Shown here: in pieces, positions 17,755 to 27,555 of the stretch
Layout: each line of letters starts with the position of its first letter
Numbering within the stretch: position 1 is the stretch's first letter
Assembly (NCBI GenBank): GCA_041663445.1
Contig: JBAYMR010000006.1
Location: 10,705 to 74,704 of the forward strand
Origin: Candidatus Micrarchaeia archaeon
Lineage (GTDB): Archaea; Micrarchaeota; Micrarchaeia; Anstonellales; Anstonellaceae
DNA: 64,000 bases
Reading direction: 5' to 3'
Notes under the pieces: generated by a model
Told to the model about the DNA's origin: nothing
Seen by the model: the letters and a program-made list of their open reading frames with translations, nothing else
Databases searched by the model: none
Position numbers and translations under genes: made by a program

Positions 17755-20184
17755 CTAGTCGCCGATTCCCAGCCGGTGGTACGCCCAGTGCTTGGGGAAA
17801 TCCGTCAGCGCGATGCAGGCCGCGCAGATGGCGAACGTGATGCCTATCTCCCCCGCAGGCAGCTTGTCCATCGCCACCCCGTAGATTCCCATCATTGTAA
17901 GGAAAATGACGGCGAACCACAGCGTGAGCGCCACGTACCTGTGCGGCCAGGACTGCCAGAAGTGCCCGCGCTCGCGCACGATGTAGATTCCCATCTGCCC
18001 GGTATAGACGAGGGACAGCAGCATCAGGGTCTGCATCCCTCCCAAATCAAGATGGAAGTAGCTCATGCCGGCGAAGAACACGGCAAGCTCGATTGCAAAG
18101 AATATCGCGCCGACAAACACCGACGCCAGCGTGATGCTCTTCAGGTCCCACATGTTGGGCATTTTCGTGGCGCGCGAGTTGTCGATTGCCAGCGTCATCG
18201 TCAGGAAGTCGTTGATTATCATCAGCACTATGAGCCCGTTTATCGAAACCACCACGTCGTGGAAATAGAAGAAGCCCACCATGAGGATGAGCATGAACTG
18301 GATGGAGCGCGAGATTTTCTTGAGCGTCCAGGTGAGCATGCGCTGGAACGATTCCCGGCTCACCCTCACCGCCTCCAGTATCTCCTTCGTGCCCGGGTCG
18401 GTGAGCACCACGCTCGCTGCGGCTTTTGCAACGTCCGCGGCGTTGCTCACGGCAATGCCAAGCTCGGCCTGCTTGAGCGCGGGCGCGTCGTTCACCCCGT
18501 CGCCGGTCATGCCGACGGTCTTGCCCTTGGACTGGATGAGCTTCACCACCCAGAACTTGTCCTCCGGGTAAATCTCCGCAATCCCGTCGCAGGCGAGCAC
18601 GGCGTCGGCCTGCTCAAGCTCCGGGAGCTTCCTTATGTCCGCTATGCGCAGTATTTTCCCGCCGATGCCTGCCTGCATGGCGATTTCCTTCGCAACGGCC
18701 ATGTTGTCGCCGGTTATCATGATGGGCTTTATGCCCGCCTCGCGCAGCGCGGCGATGGTCGCGGCGGAGTCCGGCCTCAGCGGGTCGCCCAGGCCTATCA
18801 CGCCTGCAAGCGTGAGCCTGTCGAACTTGCCGGGCTCGGAATAGGCGACTGCGAGCGCGCGGCATCCCTTCCTGGAAAGCCCCTCAACCGCCCTGTCCAG
18901 CGCGTCCTTCTGCGCCCTCGTCGCCCCCTTGCAGAGCGAGGCAATCATCTGCGGCGCGCCTTTCATCACCAGGAAGCGCCCCCTTTTTTCCTTCACAATC
19001 CCTTCCGCCCTCTTTGTCGCCGGCTCGAAAGGCTTGTAGGAAACCTGCTCGCATCCGGGGAGGCGCGCGCCTTTTGCCTTTGCATGGCGGAGGATGGCGG
19101 AATCTATCGCGTCCCTGCTTCCCTCGCTCGAGGCAAGCGCCGCGAGCGCAAGTATGCCGCTTTCCTTCCCGAACTTTCCTCCCGGGACGGGGATTGCCCC
19201 GGTAACCTCCAGCTCGTTCATGGTTATCGTCCCTGTCTTGTCAAGGCAGAGCACCTCTACGGAGGCTGCGCTTTCAAGCGAGTCGAGCTTGGTGACCAGT
19301 ATGTTCCTCTTCGACAGCTCCGTCGCGCCCTTTGCCTGCGAAATGGTGAACATCATCGGCAGCGCCGCTGGCACGCCCCCGCCTATGAACATGATGGCGA
19401 ACGTGAGGAGCACGAACGGCTTGGTGTCAATCGTTGCCGCGTAGCCCAGCACTATGATGAAGAGGGCCGCGCCTATGTAGGAGACATTCCTGGAGAGCGT
19501 GAACATTATCTCCTCGGTCTTGGACTTGGGCTTTGCGATGTTGACAAGCTCCACGGTTTTCCCGAAATACGTTTTCATGCCGGTGTTCACGACGACGCAC
19601 TTCGCCTCGCCGCGCTTCACCACCGAGCCGGTATAAATGACGTCTCCCCCCTTCAGCTCAACCGGCAGCGACTCGCCCGTGAGCGCAGCCTGGTCCGCCG
19701 AAATTCCCCCTGAAAGCATTTTCGCGTCCGCGGGCACCACGTCCCCCAGCCCTACCATTATCACGTCGCCCGGCACAAGCTCGCGCGCGTCAAGTGTTTC
19801 CCAGCTTCCGCCGCGCAGCACGCGCGACTTTATGGTGAGCTTTTTCTTGAGGAGAAGGAGCGCCTTTTTCGAGTCGTGCTCGTTGTAGAACGCGACTGCG
19901 CCGTTCATTATCACGAGCAATGCGAGCGCGAGCGCGTCGAACCTGTTGCCCACGATGAAGCAGAGAAGGGTGGCGATTTCCAAAAGCCACGGGATGGGGC
20001 CCCAGAAGTGCAGGAACAGCTCGGCATAGATGTTCTCCTCCTTTTCCGCAACCTCGTTGTAGCCGAATTCCTTCACGCGCGCGGAAACCTGCGACGGGGA
20101 AAGCCCCTTTTCGGACGCATCAAGCGCGGCAAGCGTTTCCTTGGCATTCATTTTCTTGAAATCAGTCGTTGGCGTGGCATCCAT
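17755..20184 (-). CDS. P-type ATPase, plasma-membrane H+-ATPase-like (P3A-like)
   Basis: 809 aa from ATG 20184. CLDKTGTITMN phosphorylation site, MTGDGVNDAPALKQA hinge, and an N-terminal GLSPSQVSARVKEFGYNEV...FLHFWGPIPWLLE pattern like archaeal, plant and fungal proton pumps. Confidence 0.85.
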   Translation of the reverse strand: MDATPTTDFKKMNAKETLAALDASEKGLSPSQVSARVKEFGYNEVAEKEENIYAELFLHFWGPIPWLLEIATLLCFIVGNRFDALALALLVIMNGAVAFYNEHDSKKALLLLKKKLTIKSRVLRGGSWETLDARELVPGDVIMVGLGDVVPADAKMLSGGISADQAALTGESLPVELKGGDVIYTGSVVKRGEAKCVVVNTGMKTYFGKTVELVNIAKPKSKTEEIMFTLSRNVSYIGAALFIIVLGYAATIDTKPFVLLTFAIMFIGGGVPAALPMMFTISQAKGATELSKRNILVTKLDSLESAASVEVLCLDKTGTITMNELEVTGAIPVPGGKFGKESGILALAALASSEGSRDAIDSAILRHAKAKGARLPGCEQVSYKPFEPATKRAEGIVKEKRGRFLVMKGAPQMIASLCKGATRAQKDALDRAVEGLSRKGCRALAVAYSEPGKFDRLTLAGVIGLGDPLRPDSAATIAALREAGIKPIMITGDNMAVAKEIAMQAGIGGKILRIADIRKLPELEQADAVLACDGIAEIYPEDKFWVVKLIQSKGKTVGMTGDGVNDAPALKQAELGIAVSNAADVAKAAASVVLTDPGTKEILEAVRVSRESFQRMLTWTLKKISRSIQFMLILMVGFFYFHDVVVSINGLIVLMIINDFLTMTLAIDNSRATKMPNMWDLKSITLASVFVGAIFFAIELAVFFAGMSYFHLDLGGMQTLMLLSLVYTGQMGIYIVRERGHFWQSWPHRYVALTLWFAVIFLTMMGIYGVAMDKLPAGEIGITFAICAACIALTDFPKHWAYHRLGIGD

Positions 20185-20317
20185 GCTACCCCTCCCGCGT
20201 CGAATGCTCTCACTAGGTAAATAAAGCTTCCGGCGTGGGAATCTGGCCGGCAAGCGCGAATGGCGCCGGCAAGCGCCGTCCCGTGGCGGCTGGGCGCCTG
20301 CGCAATGGCCGTGCTTG

Positions 20318-20722
20318 CTACTCAGTCGGCTTGCCGTCGTACTCCTCGGGCATCGCCACCGCGTCAGCCTTGGTCTTCCTCACCGTCCTGTCAATGTGCT
20401 CGGGCGGCGAGTAGATGGTGTAAAGCTTCAGGTCCCCGCGCGGGGCGGTGTTCACCACGTTGTGCTCCGCCCCTGCGGGAACTATGACGGCGTCGCCGCC
20501 TTGCACGTTGTGCTTCACGCCGTCTATGAAAACCGCGCCCTCTCCCTTCTCGAACCTGAAGAACTGGTCTATGTTCGGGTGCACTTCCATGCCGATTTCC
20601 TCGCCCGGCGCGAGGCTCATGAGCACCAGCTGGCTGTGCTTGCCCGTGTAGAGCACGCGGCGGAAATCAGTATTTTTTTCCGTGTGCCTCTCGATGTGTA
20701 TTGCGTATCCCTTCAGTGCCAT
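20318..20722 (-). CDS. Cupin-domain protein
   Basis: 134 aa from ATG 20722. GEEIGMEVHPNIDQFFRFEKGEG...GDAVIVPAGAEHNV gives the two cupin motifs. Confidence 0.8.
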   Translation of the reverse strand: MALKGYAIHIERHTEKNTDFRRVLYTGKHSQLVLMSLAPGEEIGMEVHPNIDQFFRFEKGEGAVFIDGVKHNVQGGDAVIVPAGAEHNVVNTAPRGDLKLYTIYSPPEHIDRTVRKTKADAVAMPEEYDGKPTE

Positions 20723-20835
20723 GTTACCACCCGTTTTCTTTCCATTCCCCGCATTCCCTTCCCAAGCAGGATTCTCCTGCCACATAAATAAAGCTTCCCA
20801 CCCATTCTCCACCTGCGCGCCTTCGGGGTGGAAAA

Positions 20836-21366
20836 ATGGCAAGTAAACATGCAAATGCTGCTGGAACTGCAAGTAAACCTGCAAATTCAGCCGGAACTGC
20901 GAGGAAACATTCAAATTCAAACGGGGCATCCATTGCAATCGGCTTCCCGCACATGCTTGCAGCCATCATCGCAATTTCCATAGCCGAATGCTCGCTTGCG
21001 GCATTCGGAATCATCCCTCCCATCCTTTCCTATTCCCCCGCGAACATGCTCTTTGCCTTCCTGCGCCTGGCAATCATCGTCTATGCCGGCGTGGAATATG
21101 CTGCATCCGGCCCTGCGCGCGCAGCCCTGGCTGGCGGCGCGCTTTTCTTTGCCTCCTCGCTGGCATTATGCACCTTTGTTGTTGCCGCAAAAGGATTCGC
21201 CGCCCATCCCATCCTCGGCGTATTTGCCCCTGACGGCGCGCTGCCCGCGCTGTTCGCCGTCATAATATTGGAAAACGCGCTCGTTGGCGCCGCACTCGCG
21301 GCTGCTGTTGCGTGGCTTTCGCAGAAAAAGGTTTTCCGGAAGCTGCTTGCTTCCAAAAAGAACTAG
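20836..21366 (+). CDS. Membrane protein with an N-terminal 10-aa tandem repeat
   Basis: 176 aa. GGGGTGG lies 8 nt upstream of the ATG. Four hydrophobic segments. The N-terminus is encoded by a 3 x 30-bp repeat. Confidence 0.55.
   Translation: MASKHANAAGTASKPANSAGTARKHSNSNGASIAIGFPHMLAAIIAISIAECSLAAFGIIPPILSYSPANMLFAFLRLAIIVYAGVEYAASGPARAALAGGALFFASSLALCTFVVAAKGFAAHPILGVFAPDGALPALFAVIILENALVGAALAAAVAWLSQKKVFRKLLASKKN
20839..20928 (+). repeat. 3 x 30-bp tandem repeat (coding)
   Basis: GCAAGTAAACATGCAAATGCTGCTGGAACT / GCAAGTAAACCTGCAAATTCAGCCGGAACT / GCGAGGAAACATTCAAATTCAAACGGGGCA. Confidence 0.85.
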
Positions 21367-21374
21367 GCTGCCCG

Positions 21375-22487
21375 TCAGCCAAGCGCGCTCTTGATTGCTC
21401 CGCCCCCCAAGCACGCATTTCCCCTGTATATCGCGCAAATCTGCCCTGGCGCAACGCCCTCTATCGGCATTGAGCATTCCACCTGCAGCGTGCGCGCGCC
21501 CCTGCCTTTTGGGATTATGGTTGCCGCCACCTCGGGCTGGTGCGTCCTTATCTGCACCATTGCGCGGAATTTTTTGGCAGGAGCTTTCCCAGCAAGCCAG
21601 TTGAATTTTTCCACCACAAACTTTTTCTCAAGCACGCGCGAGCGGTCGCGCGTAACAATGAGCGCGTTCCTCTTCACGTCAAACCCCTTCACAAAATGCG
21701 CCAGCGGCAGGCCAAGCCCCTTCCTCTGCCCGACGGTGTACAGGAAAAGCCCGTAATGCGTGCCCACCCGCTTTCCCTGCTCGTCAACAATGTCCCCCTC
21801 CCGCTTGCCGAGCTTCTCGAACAGGAAAGGCTTCATCGCATGCTCGGAGACAAAGCACAAGTCCTGGCTCTGCGAAACGCCCGCGTAAAAGCCAAGCCCC
21901 TCGCTTATCGCAATCTCGTACACCTGCCGCTTTTCCAGCTTTCCGAGAGGCAGCACAAGGCGCGAAAGCCACGCGCGCGGAATCAGGCACAAGCCGTACG
22001 TCTGGTCCTTTTTCATGTCAAATGCGCGGAGAAGCTTCCCGCCTTTTATTTCCGCGTAATGCCCTGTCGCAACATGGCGGATGCCGTGCTTCCTTGCCCA
22101 CTCGAAAAGCATCCTAATCTTCAGGTCGCGGTTGCACACAAGGCAGGGGTTCGGCGTCCTGCCGCGCGAAAGCTCGCCGACGAAATATCCCATCACGCGG
22201 CGCTCGAACTCGCGCTCCACATTATATATATGGTGCGGCACGCCCAGCCGCCTGCACACGCGCGCGGCATTCCCGAAAGACTCGTCCGTGCAGCACACGT
22301 TCTCCCGGAGCGCGTTGCACTTGCCCCTCCACACCGCCATCTTGAGCGAAACGCCGACAGGCTCCCAGCCCTGCTTTTTGAGAAGAAGAAGCGCGACTGA
22401 CGAGTCCACCCCGCCCGACAGCCCGACCACTATGCGTTTTCCTATCTTGGTGCCTGCCCCTGCCCTTCCCCTGCCTGCAAACTCCAT
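21375..22487 (-). CDS. mnmA: tRNA-specific 2-thiouridylase MnmA
   Basis: PP-loop VGLSGGVDSSVA, catalytic Cys region CCTDE, and conserved HVATGHYA. Start taken at ATG 22487. The ORF extends to 22562. Confidence 0.85.
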   Translation of the reverse strand: MEFAGRGRAGAGTKIGKRIVVGLSGGVDSSVALLLLKKQGWEPVGVSLKMAVWRGKCNALRENVCCTDESFGNAARVCRRLGVPHHIYNVEREFERRVMGYFVGELSRGRTPNPCLVCNRDLKIRMLFEWARKHGIRHVATGHYAEIKGGKLLRAFDMKKDQTYGLCLIPRAWLSRLVLPLGKLEKRQVYEIAISEGLGFYAGVSQSQDLCFVSEHAMKPFLFEKLGKREGDIVDEQGKRVGTHYGLFLYTVGQRKGLGLPLAHFVKGFDVKRNALIVTRDRSRVLEKKFVVEKFNWLAGKAPAKKFRAMVQIRTHQPEVAATIIPKGRGARTLQVECSMPIEGVAPGQICAIYRGNACLGGGAIKSALG

Positions 22488-22565
22488 GGCGAGGGTATTG
22501 CAAGATCTTTTTATTATTGTATTGGAATCCCCACATTCCAATGCTGAAAAAGCCGTCTGCACCTT

Positions 22566-23480
22566 TCATTGCTCCCTTTCTGGGAATTTTGCCGCCGGTG
22601 CAGGCAATGCCATCGCCTGCTTCATCCCATCCACGATTTTTATCACAAGCCCGTCCAGCATGCCGTCTGCCTCGGACAGGAAACGCTTTCCGGCGTTTTC
22701 CATGAACTGCTTTTCCAGGTGCTGGTAGCCATCTCCAAAATACCCGCCCATGCCTGCGAAGACTCCGTAAAATGACCGGAATTGCTTGGAAAGTGCGCTT
22801 AATGCCCATCTGTCAAGCACATCCCAGGAAAACTCCTTCACGCTCGACTCGCATGCGTCCTGCATGGAGCCAATTTTCCCCTTTGGCAATGAAATCTGGT
22901 AATACGATGATTGTACATCCACATATTCCTCAAGTATCGGGCCTATCTGCTCTGTACTTCCTGTCCCCTGTTTCATGAACACGTTGAAAACAAGCGCGCG
23001 CATGCATTCTTTCTGTGACAACAGGTCTGGCACATCTTTGCCATCGGTTTTCATTGTTTCATAAAACGAGAATTCAAGCTGCTCCCCCCTGAACTTGCCT
23101 CGCAGCGCCACCGCGGTTTTCCCGCTCATCATCGGGATGAAATCTCCTTCGAATATTTTCTTTTTCATGTTCAAAAGGGCATCAAGATATGCTTTTTCAG
23201 CAATGCCGAATACTTGCCGGTGGGTTTCCTTTCCGAATTCGTCAATCCTGCTTTCAGGCGGTTTTACTTTAAGCTGCATCAATTCATCCGCAAGCACTTT
23301 CCTAATCAAGGAATGGGACAGCTGCGCTGGGGGGTCAAAGTAACGGTAATAAACAAAAAGTTCGGCTTTCTCAAGCCGAGTGAGCGCCGGAGTTTTCCTT
23401 ACTGTAGAACCATGTACCATGCAATGAGAGTTATGGCAACAGTTTAAATATCTACCGCAGGCTCCGCAAATGTGTTGCAT
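22566..23480 (-). CDS. Hypothetical protein with an N-terminal Cys/His cluster
   Basis: 304 aa. N-terminal CGACGRYLNCCHNSHC. The stop lies 3 nt from the longest mnmA ORF, so it appears co-transcribed. Confidence 0.55.
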   Translation of the reverse strand: MQHICGACGRYLNCCHNSHCMVHGSTVRKTPALTRLEKAELFVYYRYFDPPAQLSHSLIRKVLADELMQLKVKPPESRIDEFGKETHRQVFGIAEKAYLDALLNMKKKIFEGDFIPMMSGKTAVALRGKFRGEQLEFSFYETMKTDGKDVPDLLSQKECMRALVFNVFMKQGTGSTEQIGPILEEYVDVQSSYYQISLPKGKIGSMQDACESSVKEFSWDVLDRWALSALSKQFRSFYGVFAGMGGYFGDGYQHLEKQFMENAGKRFLSEADGMLDGLVIKIVDGMKQAMALPAPAAKFPEREQ

Positions 23481-23502
23481 TTTGCCCGGGATGGCGCCTC
23501 AA

Positions 23503-23658
23503 TCAATTTTCCGCAAGCTTTTTCTTCAGCTTGTCAAGCTCCTCGTGAACTTCAGGGTGCTTGTGCAGCGGGTCCATGCGCGCCTTCACTTCAAGCTCGG
23601 CTACCCTGTTCTTCATGTTGTGCGTCTGCTTTCCCAAATCCTTCTTGCTTTTTCCCAT
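23503..23658 (-). CDS. Small charged helical protein
   Basis: 51 aa from ATG 23658 (MGKSKKDLGKQTHNMKNRVAELEVKARMDPLHKHPEVHEELDKLKKKLAEN). Ends 22 nt upstream of the Cys-cluster ORF. Confidence 0.35.
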   Translation of the reverse strand: MGKSKKDLGKQTHNMKNRVAELEVKARMDPLHKHPEVHEELDKLKKKLAEN

Positions 23659-23761
23659 TGGAACACCTTCTCGTCCGCCGCGCGGCCATGGCGGCGCGCG
23701 CGTGCCTGGAAGCGAATTCACCCTGCAACATTTTTATACCAGTCGCAGGCATAATACTGTT

Positions 23762-24280
23762 GTGGGGAGGACAAAACATGGAAAGCGGGGCGTTTCCGGC
23801 AATGCGCTTCTCCAGCGCAGGCTTTGGGGCGCGCTTCTTGCCTTGTGCACCGTGGCATTCTTCGTGATTGCCGTGGTGCTGCTTTCCGCGGAGTTCGGCG
23901 CGATTCCGCCGCTTTCAGCGGAAGTTTCCGATTTGCTGGAGCTTATCGAGCTTTGCGCCATATCCATATTCGCAATCGAGCTCTACTTGCGCTACAGGGA
24001 AACGCCTGACAAGAAAAAGTTCCTCAGGCAGAACTGGCTTGCCATACTCGCCATCCTGCCCGTCGGTGTTTTTGTCCGCTCCTTCCGCGCAGCCGAGGGC
24101 ATCGGCCTGCTGCGCCCCCTCTCGGGCACATTCCGCATCGCCGAGGCGGACTTCATCGTTCCTGCGGTGGCGGTTTCCAGCCGCCCATTGCTTGCCGCGC
24201 AGAAATGGCTTTCCAACATCCAGGTCTTCAAGGACTTCTTCGCCCTTGCCAGGGGCTGGGCAAAAGCGATTTTCAGGTAG
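23762..24280 (+). CDS. Ion-transport-family fragment: voltage-sensor-like four-helix protein without a pore domain
   Basis: About 172 aa from GTG 23762. LELIELCAISIFAIELYLRYRETPDKKKFLRQNWLAILAILPVGVFVRSFRAAEGIGLLRPL resembles the S2-S4 region of ion_trans proteins. No P-loop or S6 follows. Confidence 0.4.
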   Translation: MGRTKHGKRGVSGNALLQRRLWGALLALCTVAFFVIAVVLLSAEFGAIPPLSAEVSDLLELIELCAISIFAIELYLRYRETPDKKKFLRQNWLAILAILPVGVFVRSFRAAEGIGLLRPLSGTFRIAEADFIVPAVAVSSRPLLAAQKWLSNIQVFKDFFALARGWAKAIFR

Positions 24281-24339
24281 CCTGGCCCGGCGCGCCCGCG
24301 CAAGATGCAACTGGCGCGCCAACCATTTTCCCGCACCGG

Positions 24340-26922
24340 CTAGGCCGTGCCTTCCTGCCCGCGGTGCTTCCAGAGCCTGCTCACCTTGACAAGCTCGAAC
24401 GCGGCGATGGACAGCGCTCCGGCGGCAAAGCACATCACGATTTCCTGCCCGGAAAGCTGCGTGAAGCGGAATAGCTCCGAAAGGGCAGGGACATACAGCA
24501 CAAGCGCAAGCATGCCAAGCGCGGCAATGCCCACATAAAGAAGCGCGCTGTTCGGCACGCGGAACATCTCGATGGCGGTCCTGGTCTGCGAGCGCGTGGA
24601 AAGTATGATGCAGATGTTCGCAATCACCAGCGTGGTGAACGCAAGCGCGCGCGCCTCGCCCTCAGGCCTCCCTGCGGAAAGCGCAAGCCAGAAAATGCCG
24701 ACGGTTATTATGAGCGCGGAAATGCCCTGGAGCACGCTCCACACAAGCGTGCGGTTGTCGAACAGCGGCTCGTCCTTCCTGCGCGGCTTCCTCCCCATGA
24801 TGTTCTTCTCTTCCGCCTCGCCCTCGAACACTATCGAGCAGACCGGGTCAATGATAAGCTCCAGGAATGCGATGTGCACGGGATAAAGCATGAGCGGCCA
24901 CCCGAAAAGCACCGGGACCATCGCCGCGCCTGCAATGGGCACGTGGATGGAGATGATGTAAGACATCGCCTTCTGTATGTTGTCGTATATTTTCCTTCCC
25001 ATCCTCACGGCTTTCACGATGGATACGAAATTGTCGTCGAGCAGGACAAGCGCAGCGGACTCGCGCGCAACGTCAGTCCCGCGCCCGCCCATCGCTATGC
25101 CTATGTGCGCCGACTTGAGCGCGGGCGCGTCGTTCACGCCGTCCCCCGTCATCACAACGACTTCCCCGTTCCTCTTGAGCGCGTCCACTATCCTCAGCTT
25201 CTGCTCGGGCACCACGCGCGCGAAAATATCCGCCTTTGCAACCATCATCTGGAGCTCGGCATCGCTCATCTTCTCGAGCTCAATGCCGGTTATCGCCGTG
25301 CCGGCGTTCCGAAAGCCTGCCTCGCGGGCGACATGCTGCGCAGTGCCGGGGTAGTCGCCGGTTATCATCACCACCCTGATGCCTGCGGCATAGCACTCGC
25401 GTATGGAAGCGGAAATGTTTTCGCGCACCGGGTCCTCGAACCCCACGAGGCCCATGAACCCGTAGTCAAAATCATGCTGGTTGGACGGGAGCGCCCCCTT
25501 CTTGAAAATCGCGCGGGCAACGCCGAGCACGCGCAGCCCCTGGCCGCTCATGGCGACCACTTCCGCCATCACCTTCCTCTTCTCGGCAGCATCCATATGG
25601 CACAGGTCTATTATCGCCTCGGGCGCGCCCTTGGACGCAATCACGAAATCCCGCCCCGAAGGCGAGCGCCAGACGTGCGAAAGCGCAAGCAGCTCCCTCG
25701 AAAGCGCATACTCCCTCATGAGCTCCCAGTCGCCGTGCAGATGCTCGGTGTCGGCGAGCTTTTCCCCGCCTGCCTCCTTGAGCGCCTTCTCCATCGGGTC
25801 GAACGGGTCTGCCTGGCTCGCAAGCACCGCATACTCCATCAGCCCGTGGAACTGCTCGGGCATGCCTCCCGCGTCGTCAATGGAATATCTCTTCCCGCCC
25901 GCGGCAAGCATCCTCGCCTTCATGCTGTTGAGCGTAAGCGTGCCCGTCTTGTCCACGCAAAGCACGGTGGCCGCGCCCAGGTTCTGGATGGCGTTCATGC
26001 TCCTCGTGAGCACGCTGTGCTTTGACATGCGCCAGGCGCCAAGCGCAAGGAAAATGGTGAGCACCACGGGGAATTCCTCGGGAAGCACCGCCATGGCGAG
26101 CGCCAGGCCCGCCAGGAAGCCGCCCTGCCAGTCCGCGCGCTGAATCCCGAAGACCACGATGACGAGTATGCACAGCAACGCGCCGGCTATCGCGAATTTC
26201 CTGACAAGCCCGCCAGTCTCCTTCTGCAGCATGGTCTCCTCCGGCCCTATCTGCTGCAGCGACTTCCCGATTTTCCCCACTTCCGTATTGATGCCGGTGG
26301 AAAGCACGCGCGCAATCCCGTGCCCCTGCACGATGAGCGTGCTTGAGTAAGTGAAAGGCAGGTCATCGCCGCCGGGCAGGCACTTCTCCTTCCTGCCGTC
26401 CCATTCCATCTTCCTCACGGGCACGGCTTCGCCGGTGAGCAGCGATTCGTCAATGAGAAGGTTGCTGCACGAAAGCACCACGGCGTCGGCAGGCACGCGG
26501 TCGCCCTCGGCAAGCACGAGCAGGTCGCCGCGCACCACGTCTTTCCCGGCTATGCGGACCTGCGCGGCGTCGCGTATCACGAGCGCGCGCGGCGAGGACA
26601 GGTCCCGGAGCGCCTCAAGCGCGCGCTCCACCTTCCTTTCCTGGTAAACTGTGATGCCGATGACAACGAAGACAAAAGCCGAAAGCATAATGGCATCCGA
26701 AAGCTCGCCCACTGCCAGGTAAATCAGCCCGCAGGCGACCAGTAGCAGGAACATGGGCTCGTGCATGACGTCTATTATGACATCAAGTATTGTGCGTTTT
26801 TTCGATGTGGGCAGCTCGTTTGGGCCATCTGACTTGAGCCGTTCCTCTGCCTCTTTTTGCGTAAGCCCGTGCATGGGCGATTCTGGCCCGATTGCTGCGT
26901 TTAGCGTGTTTTTCTCTCCCAT
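24340..26922 (-). CDS. P-type ATPase, Ca2+/cation-transporting (P2-type)
   Basis: 860 aa from ATG 26922. CVDKTGTLTLN, MITGDYPGTA, MTGDGVNDAPALKSA, and an N-terminal HGLTQKEAEERLKSDGPNELP. Confidence 0.9.
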   Translation of the reverse strand: MGEKNTLNAAIGPESPMHGLTQKEAEERLKSDGPNELPTSKKRTILDVIIDVMHEPMFLLLVACGLIYLAVGELSDAIMLSAFVFVVIGITVYQERKVERALEALRDLSSPRALVIRDAAQVRIAGKDVVRGDLLVLAEGDRVPADAVVLSCSNLLIDESLLTGEAVPVRKMEWDGRKEKCLPGGDDLPFTYSSTLIVQGHGIARVLSTGINTEVGKIGKSLQQIGPEETMLQKETGGLVRKFAIAGALLCILVIVVFGIQRADWQGGFLAGLALAMAVLPEEFPVVLTIFLALGAWRMSKHSVLTRSMNAIQNLGAATVLCVDKTGTLTLNSMKARMLAAGGKRYSIDDAGGMPEQFHGLMEYAVLASQADPFDPMEKALKEAGGEKLADTEHLHGDWELMREYALSRELLALSHVWRSPSGRDFVIASKGAPEAIIDLCHMDAAEKRKVMAEVVAMSGQGLRVLGVARAIFKKGALPSNQHDFDYGFMGLVGFEDPVRENISASIRECYAAGIRVVMITGDYPGTAQHVAREAGFRNAGTAITGIELEKMSDAELQMMVAKADIFARVVPEQKLRIVDALKRNGEVVVMTGDGVNDAPALKSAHIGIAMGGRGTDVARESAALVLLDDNFVSIVKAVRMGRKIYDNIQKAMSYIISIHVPIAGAAMVPVLFGWPLMLYPVHIAFLELIIDPVCSIVFEGEAEEKNIMGRKPRRKDEPLFDNRTLVWSVLQGISALIITVGIFWLALSAGRPEGEARALAFTTLVIANICIILSTRSQTRTAIEMFRVPNSALLYVGIAALGMLALVLYVPALSELFRFTQLSGQEIVMCFAAGALSIAAFELVKVSRLWKHRGQEGTA

Positions 26923-27033
26923 CGGGAAAATTCCGATGAAAACGCTTAAAAGAGAGGGGCAAATCTCCAGAGCAATTTGCCCGCATTGCCCCACTGCAAG
27001 GATACAAGGCAAGCAACAGGAATCCCGCCGCCC

Positions 27034-27504
27034 CTATCCCTGCCTTGCTGGAGCCTGCCCGCACTGCACGCCGCCTATCGAGACGTTTATGTAATCATCC
27101 TTTGGCGCGCTTGGGAAATCGCAGGAAACCACCTCGAAGCGCGGCATCCCCCAAACAGGGCCGCTTGATATCGTTTTCTTTGCAACCGTCCTGCCGCACG
27201 CCCATGTCAAGGTGTCCCCGTCGGAAAATCCGTCAAAGTGAATTGTCCATTCATAGTAAAATGATGAAAAGCCCCTCACCACGCTGGCGGAGCCTATGCT
27301 GCAGTTCTTGCTTTCCGTGGCGTTTTGCCCGGGCGTGGTGGCCTGGGTGCCTGTTTTTGCCGGCTGCACCTCGTTTATCAGCCCTTCCGCATTCTGCACC
27401 ACTATGCCCTGCATCCCCTCTGCCGGCTTGGGCTCTGCCATGCATCCGAAAAGCAAAAGCGCGGCCATTGCGGCGAGCGCCAGGGCATATGAAGCAATTG
27501 CCAT
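27034..27504 (-). CDS. Putative secreted lipoprotein, unknown function
   Basis: 156 aa. The signal peptide ends in a lipobox-like LLLFGC. Confidence 0.55.
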   Translation of the reverse strand: MAIASYALALAAMAALLLFGCMAEPKPAEGMQGIVVQNAEGLINEVQPAKTGTQATTPGQNATESKNCSIGSASVVRGFSSFYYEWTIHFDGFSDGDTLTWACGRTVAKKTISSGPVWGMPRFEVVSCDFPSAPKDDYINVSIGGVQCGQAPARQG

Positions 27505-27555
27505 GCCCCTACATCAGAGCCGTGCTTTATAATTTTTGCTGCGGAATCCCCTCTG

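Noticed and set aside
20723-20938. Longer version of the cupin ORF (206 aa, start at 20938).
   Set aside because: The extension runs antisense through the 30-bp tandem repeat and the start of the divergent membrane-protein gene. The cupin domain begins at MALKGY (ATG 20722).
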